Assembly (NCBI GenBank): GCA_964515555.1
Contig: CAZEVY010000094.1
Location: forward strand, 1 to 21,401
DNA length: 21,401 nucleotides
Origin: an uncultured Solibacteraceae bacterium
Lineage (GTDB): Bacteria; Acidobacteriota; Terriglobia; Bryobacterales; Bryobacteraceae
Direction: 5' to 3'
The notes under the pieces: model-generated
Told to the model about the DNA's origin: nothing
Databases searched by the model: none
The model's input: the letters and a program-made list of their open reading frames with translations, nothing else
Shown: positions 1 through 6,552 of the stretch, in pieces
Numbering within the stretch: the stretch's first letter is position 1
Layout: the number at the start of each line of letters is the position of its first letter
Translations under genes and position numbers: made by a program

Positions 1-6
1 AACCCC

Positions 7-945
7 GTGGCGACCCCGGTGACCAATCCGCTTCCCGCCAAGATCGCCGCCGGCGGACTGCGGCGCGACACCGACCTCTCGGCCGCCGAGCTCCAGCAAC
101 TGCTCGCGCTCGCCGAGCAGGTGAAGCGCGCCCCGGCGCGATTCCGCAAGGCGCTCGACGGGCGCTACCTGAGCCTGCTGTTCGAGAAGCCCTCGCTGCG
201 CACGCGCCTCACCTTCGAGCTGGCGATGAAGCAGCTCGGGGGCGACGCGGTGGTCTCTTCCGGACCGGTGGCCGAGCGCGAGCCGGTGCGCGACGTGGCG
301 CGCAATCTCGACCGGTGGACGAACGCCATCGTGGCGCGCGTGTTTTCGCAGGACACCATCGAGGAGCTGGCGCGATGGTCGGCCGTGCCCGTCGTCAACG
401 CGCTCAGCAATCTCTACCATCCCTGCCAGGCGCACGCCGACCTGCTGACGATGCGCGAGCGCTTCGGCCGCCTGCGCGGGCTGAAGCTGGCCTACATCGG
501 CGACGGCAACAACGTCTCGCACTCGCTGCTGCTCAACGCGCCGCGCCTGGGCGTCGACGTCACCGTGGCGGCCCCGGCGGGCTTCGAGCCGAAGGAGGCC
601 ATCGTCGAGGAGGCGCGCGAGCTGAGCGACGGCGCGCGGGTCGAGGTGACCAACGACGTGCGCGAGGCCGTCGGCGGAGCGCACGCGGTCTACACCGACG
701 TCTGGGCGAGCATGGGGCAGGAGGCCGAGCGCGAGCGGCGCACGGCGGCGTTCCGCTCCTACCAGGTGGACGAGGCGCTGATGGCGCGGGCGCGGGAGGA
801 CGCGGTATTTCTGCACTGCCTGCCGGCGCGCCGCGGCGAGGAGGTCGCTGAAGGGGTGATCGATTCGCCGCAGTCGGCGGTCTTCGACCAGGCCGAGAAT
901 CGCCTGCACGTGCAGAAGGCGCTGCTGCTGATGCTGCTGGCGTGA
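7..945 (+). CDS. argF: ornithine carbamoyltransferase; start may lie at or upstream of nt 7 because the frame is open to the window edge
   Basis: Carries the carbamoyl-phosphate binding motif S-L-R-T-R (KPSLRTRLTFE) and the HCLP motif. Length is about 310 aa, matching the OTC/ATCase fold. It lies directly upstream of argG and argH. Confidence 0.85.
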   Translation: MATPVTNPLPAKIAAGGLRRDTDLSAAELQQLLALAEQVKRAPARFRKALDGRYLSLLFEKPSLRTRLTFELAMKQLGGDAVVSSGPVAEREPVRDVARNLDRWTNAIVARVFSQDTIEELARWSAVPVVNALSNLYHPCQAHADLLTMRERFGRLRGLKLAYIGDGNNVSHSLLLNAPRLGVDVTVAAPAGFEPKEAIVEEARELSDGARVEVTNDVREAVGGAHAVYTDVWASMGQEAERERRTAAFRSYQVDEALMARAREDAVFLHCLPARRGEEVAEGVIDSPQSAVFDQAENRLHVQKALLLMLLA

Positions 946-979
946 AGCCCGCGCGCGCGGCGCGCCATACTGGAATTCT

Positions 980-2182
<1,203 letters not shown>

Positions 2183-2186
2183 CGCG

Positions 2187-3569
2187 ATGAAGCTCTGGGG
2201 CGGCCGGTTCGACGAAGGCCCGTCGGAGGTCTTCGAGCGCTTCTCCGGCTCGCTCCACTTCGACCGGCGGCTGCTCGAGGCGGACGTGCGCGGGTCGCAG
2301 GCGTTCGCGCGGGCCCTGGAGCGCGCCGGGATTCTCACGGGCGGGGAGCGCGAGCGGATCGTGGCGGCGTTCGACCGCATCCTCGCTGATTCCGCGGCGC
2401 CGGCCTTCTTCGAGAGCGCGAGCGACGAGGACGTCCACACGCTGGCGATCCGCAAGCTCGGCGAGCTGGAGCCGGAACTGGCGGCGAAGATCCACACGGG
2501 GCGCAGCAGAAACGAGCAGGTCTCACTCGACACGCGATTGTGGCTGCGCGGGGAGATCGACCGCATCCGCGCGCGGCTGGTGGATCTGATGGAGGCGCTG
2601 GTGGGGCTGGCGCGGCGCCATCCGGACGCGGTCGTGCCGGGCTACACGCACCTGCGGCGGGCGCAGGCGGTGCTGTGGCCGCACTATCTCCTCGCGTACT
2701 TCGAGATGTTCGCGCGCGACTGGGAGCGGCTGGGGGAGGCCCGGCGGCGGACGAGCGTGCTGCCGCTGGGGTCGGGGGCGCTGGCCGGGAGCGGGTTTCC
2801 GTTCGACCGCGAGGCGATCGCGCACGACCTGGGATTCGAGGCCGTGTCGCGCAACAGCATGGACGTATCGGCGGACCGCGACTTCGCGCTCGACTTCCTG
2901 CACGCCGCCTCGACCTCGATGCTGCACCTGAGCCGGCTGGCGGAGGATTGGATTCTGTATTCGAGCGACGAATTCGGGTGGCTGGAGCTGGCGGACGCCG
3001 TGACGAGCGGGTCGTCGCTGATGCCGCAGAAGAAAAATCCCGATTCACTGGAGCTGATTCGGGGGAAATGCGGGCGGGTATTTGGCTGTTATTCGTCGTT
3101 ATTCGTGACAATGAAGGGGCTGCCCTCGACCTACAATCGCGACATGCAGGAGGATAAGGAGCCGCTGTTCGAGGCGGCCGACCAGTGGGCGGCGTCGCTC
3201 GAGATGGCGCGGGTGGTGGCGGAATCGGCGAAGCTGCGCGGGGAGGCGCCGGCCAGGGCGGCCGAAGAGAGCTGGGTAGTGGCGACCGATCTCGCCGAGG
3301 CGCTGGCTCGCGCGGGTGTGCCGTTCCATCGCGCGCATCAGCTTGTTGGGAAGCTCGTGTTGGAAAGCGTGAAGGCGGGGAAGGCGCCGTCGGCGTGGAC
3401 GGCGGTGGATCTGGCGGCGTTCGCGCCGGAGTTCACGGCGGAGATGGCGCGCCTGCTGGCCCCGGCGGAGGGGATGAAGTCGCGCGAGATTCCGGGTGGC
3501 ACGGGTCCGCGCACGGTGGCGGCGGCATTGGACGAGGCTTCGCGGCGCCTCGATGAAATGCGGCGATGA
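2187..3569 (+). CDS. argH: argininosuccinate lyase
   Basis: Fumarate-lyase signature GSSLMPQKKNPD is present. The 460 aa length fits. The ATG sits 4 nt after the argG stop. Confidence 0.95.
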   Translation: MKLWGGRFDEGPSEVFERFSGSLHFDRRLLEADVRGSQAFARALERAGILTGGERERIVAAFDRILADSAAPAFFESASDEDVHTLAIRKLGELEPELAAKIHTGRSRNEQVSLDTRLWLRGEIDRIRARLVDLMEALVGLARRHPDAVVPGYTHLRRAQAVLWPHYLLAYFEMFARDWERLGEARRRTSVLPLGSGALAGSGFPFDREAIAHDLGFEAVSRNSMDVSADRDFALDFLHAASTSMLHLSRLAEDWILYSSDEFGWLELADAVTSGSSLMPQKKNPDSLELIRGKCGRVFGCYSSLFVTMKGLPSTYNRDMQEDKEPLFEAADQWAASLEMARVVAESAKLRGEAPARAAEESWVVATDLAEALARAGVPFHRAHQLVGKLVLESVKAGKAPSAWTAVDLAAFAPEFTAEMARLLAPAEGMKSREIPGGTGPRTVAAALDEASRRLDEMRR

Positions 3570-4000
3570 ACAAGAAGCTGCGCCAGGCGAGGATTCTGAA
3601 GCTGATCGGCGCCGGCGGGATTCACACGCAGGAGGAGCTGGCGCGGGCGCTGGCGCGGGTGGGCGTGCAGACGACGCAGGTGACGCTGTCGCGCGACATC
3701 CACGAGCTGGGGCTGGTGAAGACGCCGCACGGGTACCGGCAGATGGGCGCCGCGAGCGCGGGTCCGCCGCTGGCGACGATGGCGGCGGAGTTTCTGACCG
3801 AGGTGAAGGTGGCGCAGAATCTGGTGGTGCTGCGCACGACGCCGGGCAACGCGAATTCGCTCGCTGTCGCGCTCGATCGGGAGGAGTGGGCGGACGTGAC
3901 GGGGACGATCGCGGGCGACGACACGGTGCTGGTGATCGCGCCGGACAAGGGGTCGGCGGCGCGGGTAGAGGTGCGGCTGCGGGAGATGATTGGGTCGTGA
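3566..4000 (+). CDS. argR: arginine repressor
   Basis: The 144 aa product has an N-terminal winged-helix region (ELARAL...VTQVTLSRDIHELGLVK). The C-terminal oligomerisation and arginine-binding motif GTIAGDDTVLVI is present. Its ATG overlaps the argH stop as ATGA. Confidence 0.85.
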   Translation: MNKKLRQARILKLIGAGGIHTQEELARALARVGVQTTQVTLSRDIHELGLVKTPHGYRQMGAASAGPPLATMAAEFLTEVKVAQNLVVLRTTPGNANSLAVALDREEWADVTGTIAGDDTVLVIAPDKGSAARVEVRLREMIGS

Positions 4001-4010
4001 ATGATATGGC

Positions 4011-4086
4011 CGCAGATGAACGCAGATTAACGCAGATGGGACAATCCTTTCAATCTTAATCTGTGTTCATCGGCATTCATCTGTGG
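4011..4086. repeat. AT-rich iteron-like array: three direct CGCAGAT repeats at 10-bp phasing, followed by two inverted ATCTGTG copies 20 bp apart
   Basis: The three direct CGCAGAT copies sit at 4012-4018, 4022-4028 and 4032-4038. Inverted copies ATCTGTG sit at 4060-4066 and 4080-4086, with TTCATC motifs at 4067-4072 and 4077-4082. Local GC is far below the window mean. The array lies between the convergent 3' ends of argR and vapC. Confidence 0.5.
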
Positions 4087-4169
4087 CCGGTAAATTCTAT
4101 TCGGGACAGGATACGAATGCGACCTCCACGATTGGATGTGTGAGGAGCGGGTCATGCCGCAACGCGCGA

Positions 4170-4529
4170 TCAAGCCAGCGGTACGACCTTCGACGCGAGC
4201 ATACGCCGGTCGCGGGTCACCAGCGGCGTTCCGTGACGAATGCTGGTCGCGGCGATGATCTCGTCGGCGGGGTCGGAGCGAAAATCGAGGCTGGCGAGAT
4301 GGCGGCACACTTCCAAATCGAGGGGAAAGATGACGACGGGCGCCAGGGCGCGGGCAAACTCCGCCGAATCGATATCCATCTCGATTCTTCCCAACTGAGC
4401 CAGCTTAGTAAGCTCCCATAAAACGATCGCGGAAATCGCCCATTGGTCCCCGGCAAGCAATCGATTCTCGCGTGCCGTCAACCGGCCCCCGAGCGCATGG
4501 ATCAGGATGTGCGTGTCAAGATTCAGCAT
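4170..4529 (-). CDS. vapC: PIN-domain toxin of a type II toxin-antitoxin pair (VapC-like)
   Basis: The 119 aa product has the N-terminal MLNLDTHILIHAL motif with the conserved acidic D. Its size and spacing fit a PIN nuclease. It overlaps the upstream antitoxin gene by 14 nt. Confidence 0.8.
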   Translation of the reverse strand: MLNLDTHILIHALGGRLTARENRLLAGDQWAISAIVLWELTKLAQLGRIEMDIDSAEFARALAPVVIFPLDLEVCRHLASLDFRSDPADEIIAATSIRHGTPLVTRDRRMLASKVVPLA

Positions 4530-4734
4530 CCCACTTCACCCCGGTCGAGAGGATGTCGCCGCGAACCTTGATTCTGCCCTTCAGGCTGCCAATGAGCGAA
4601 GCGCAGCTCTGGTTCGCTGGAAGCAGGCGGCCCACAGGCTTGCCGTGCTTGGTGATGACGATTCCGTCGGCGTCGAGACGATCGAGCAGGGAAAGACACT
4701 GCTCCTTGAATTTCGAGGCGCTGATGGTCCGCAC
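4516..4734 (-). CDS. Phd/YefM-family antitoxin partnered with vapC
   Basis: The 72 aa product contains ISASKFKEQCLSLLDRL...VITKHGKPVGRLLP, matching the Phd/YefM consensus (ISATEAR..LSELLD....VVITRHGKPVAVL). It has a GTG start. Its 3' end overlaps the vapC start. Confidence 0.75.
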   Translation of the reverse strand: MRTISASKFKEQCLSLLDRLDADGIVITKHGKPVGRLLPANQSCASLIGSLKGRIKVRGDILSTGVKWDAES

Positions 4735-4883
4735 GAGTCCATCCTAACAGATAAGCCACATATTATGACCAGTCACTTTTTCCGTCCACATGGCACTGAT
4801 GACGAAGGCGCTCTTTCGGTGGCTTTACCTGGCGCTGGCGGAATAGTCGGGGCCATCTTTCGATAAGCACCACAAGAAAGTGG

Positions 4884-4911
4884 TTGACAAATTCGAATGC
4901 GCCCCTATAAT
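4884..4911 (+). promoter_or_regulatory. near-consensus sigma70 promoter: TTGACA, 16-nt spacer, TATAAT
   Basis: TTGACA sits at 4884-4889 and TATAAT at 4906-4911, both exact hexamers. Both lie in an AT-rich patch of a GC-rich genome. The promoter points toward the tRNA-like element and the SPFH gene. Confidence 0.5.
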
Positions 4912-5024
4912 CGTAAAGAGTGAGGTCAATGCTTATGCACGCCTATGGTCGAGGTTCGAAAAGCCTCGCCGGTGCGGCTTCCCTGAAGCACCGCATGCCG
5001 GCGTGCGTCGGCGACTTCGCTGTC

Positions 5025-5096
5025 ACGCTCGTAGCTCAATTGCAGAGCACCGATCAGTTGAATCGGCGGTTGCGGGTTCGAATCCCGCCATTGAGT
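5025..5096 (+). tRNA. degenerate or chimeric tRNA-like element: a possible tRNA pseudogene or integration-site remnant, not a functional tRNA
   Basis: Cloverleaf spacing is canonical. Positions 8-9 are TA. The D-arm is GCTC/AATTGCA/GAGC. The anticodon arm is CCGAT/CAGTTGA/ATCGG. The T-arm GCGGG-TTCGAAT-CCCGC is perfect. The acceptor strands ACGCTCG and CATTGAG do not pair. Position 33 is A, so the loop is an Asn-GTT-like CAGTTGA with U33 changed to A and A37 changed to G. Confidence 0.35.
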
Positions 5097-5337
5097 CTGG
5101 TCGACAGCCAATAACACGCTGATCCGGGCACGCCCCGTCCGGTTCGACCGGAGGCGGCGGCCGTTGCCCTGAGCTTCCTGGAAACTGCCACCTACAACAC
5201 GAAGGCCGGAGTGTCCGCGCCCGCGGCGACGCCGAGGCCGAGTCGCGACGTGCGCTCATAGGGAACGCCCGCGGCGGCTGTCGTGGGGCAGGCCCGGGTC
5301 ATCGAAACAAACGATTCGAAGAGGGAGGTGGACGACA

Positions 5338-6465
5338 ATGCTGATCCTGACGCGCATCCTGGTTGGGGACCAGGAGCGCATTCTGATGAATTCCCGCGGG
5401 CGCTTCGTGACCATCCTGGAGCCGGGCGAGCACTGGGTATGGACGCTGGGGCGCGACATCCGCACCGAGACGCACGAGATCCGCAAGCTGGTTTTCACCA
5501 GCGAGTGGTCCGACTACCTGGTGAGGGAGCGCGCCGAGCTCGTGGCGCGGCTCTTCACGCTGGTGGAGACCGGCGACTCCCAGGTGGCCATCATCCGCCT
5601 CGACGGAAAGGTCGCCGGGGTGCTGGAGCCGGCGCGGCGCGTGCTGTACTGGCGCGGGCCGGTGGAGGTGTCGGCCGAGACGATCGACGTGAAGGCGGCG
5701 CCGGAGGTTCCGCAGCGGCTGGCGATGGCGCTGGCGCGGCTGGGGACCGAGGCGCGCGTGACCTGGGCGCAGGTGGAGGAGGGGAAGACGGCGCTGCTGT
5801 TCGTCGAGAACCGCTTCGTGCGCGCCCTGGAGCCGGGGATGCACGCGTTCTGGAACGCGGCGTCGCCGCGCGTCGAGGTGGTGGACCTGCGTTTGCAGGC
5901 GATGGAGGTCGCGGGTCAGGAGATCCTGACTTCGGACAAGGTAGCCATTCGCGTGAACCTGTGGGCGACCTACCAGGTGGTGGACGCGGTGAAGGCGCGC
6001 CAGTCGCTGAAGGACGCGACCGATCACCTGTACAAGACGTTGCAGCTGGCCGTGCGCCAGACGCTCGGGAAGCGGACGCTGGAACAGATCCTGGAGGAGA
6101 AGACCGCCATCGACGAGTCGGTGGCGGGAGAGGTCCGCCGGGAGATGGAGCAGTACGGGGTCCGCGTCGGGTCCATCGCTCTGAAGGACATCGTGCTTCC
6201 GGGCGAGGTGCGCGACATCCTGAACCAGGTGGTGACGGCGGAGAAGCAGGCGCAGGCCAACCTGATCCGCCGGCGCGAGGAGACGGCGGCCACGCGGTCG
6301 CTGTTGAACACGGCGCGGCTCATGGAGGGGAACCCGCTGCTGGTTCGCCTGAAGGAGCTGGAGACGCTGGAGGCGGTCGCGGCCAAGGTGGATAAGATCA
6401 CCATCCACGAAGGCTTCGACGGTCTGCTTCAGAAGCTGGTGAGTTTGCGCGGGGAGAATAGCTGA
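5338..6465 (+). CDS. SPFH/band-7 (stomatin/prohibitin/HflKC-like) domain protein with a repeat-containing N-terminal extension
   Basis: The C-terminal 200 aa is a classic SPFH domain (ILTSDKVAIRVNLWATYQVVD...LEQILEEKTAIDE...GVRVGSIALKDIVLP...AEKQAQANLIRRREETAA). A GGAGG ribosome-binding site sits 9 nt upstream of the ATG. Confidence 0.85.
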   Translation: MLILTRILVGDQERILMNSRGRFVTILEPGEHWVWTLGRDIRTETHEIRKLVFTSEWSDYLVRERAELVARLFTLVETGDSQVAIIRLDGKVAGVLEPARRVLYWRGPVEVSAETIDVKAAPEVPQRLAMALARLGTEARVTWAQVEEGKTALLFVENRFVRALEPGMHAFWNAASPRVEVVDLRLQAMEVAGQEILTSDKVAIRVNLWATYQVVDAVKARQSLKDATDHLYKTLQLAVRQTLGKRTLEQILEEKTAIDESVAGEVRREMEQYGVRVGSIALKDIVLPGEVRDILNQVVTAEKQAQANLIRRREETAATRSLLNTARLMEGNPLLVRLKELETLEAVAAKVDKITIHEGFDGLLQKLVSLRGENS

Positions 6466-6497
6466 TCGCGACGGCGATCCTCCTTAGTGCATGTGGT

Positions 6498-6527
6498 CCG
6501 GGCGGCGGTTTGAGGGTCGCCGTCCGG
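6498..6527. terminator. GC-rich hairpin with a 10-bp stem (one G-T wobble) and 10-nt loop, between convergent genes
   Basis: CCGGGCGGCG at 6498-6507 pairs with CGCCGTCCGG at 6518-6527. The hairpin lies between the SPFH gene stop (6465) and the kinase gene stop (6553). It has no clear U-tract. Confidence 0.35.
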
Positions 6528-6552
6528 GCTAATCCCGACGTCAGGGCTCTCG

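Noticed and set aside
4011-4086. ARG-box (ArgR operator) interpretation of the TTCAT/ATGAA-containing repeats
   Set aside because: The motifs do not form the 18-bp TNTGAATWWWWATTCANW palindromes. They also lie downstream of argR rather than in a promoter region of an arg gene.
4153-4257. 34-aa plus-strand ORF with a GAGGAG SD-like sequence 6 nt upstream
   Set aside because: It lies antisense to the 3' end of vapC and encodes a low-complexity Arg/Ala peptide with no conservation signal. The SD is most likely chance, though antisense regulation of vapC cannot be excluded.
4113-4901. 10-bp imperfect direct repeat flanking vapBC as a target-site duplication
   Set aside because: It has 9/10 identity over 10 bp. 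Between two windows of about 150 bp, roughly 0.3 such matches are expected by chance, so it is not significant on its own. It is kept only as a weak supporting note.
4918-5280. Possibility that the promoter-driven 360-nt non-coding stretch is tmRNA or RNase P RNA
   Set aside because: There is no tag-peptide reading frame ending in a hydrophobic tail. The 5' and 3' ends show no acceptor pairing. The conserved RNase P P4 strands (GGAAAGUCCGG and ACAGAACCCGGCUUA) are absent. The only good element is a tRNA-like T-arm.
5283-6408. 370-aa ORF on the plus strand and 369-aa ORF on the minus strand, overlapping the SPFH gene
   Set aside because: They are the alternate frame and the antisense of a gene with a clear SPFH domain and an SD. 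Their translations are low-complexity Gly/Arg/Asp-rich.
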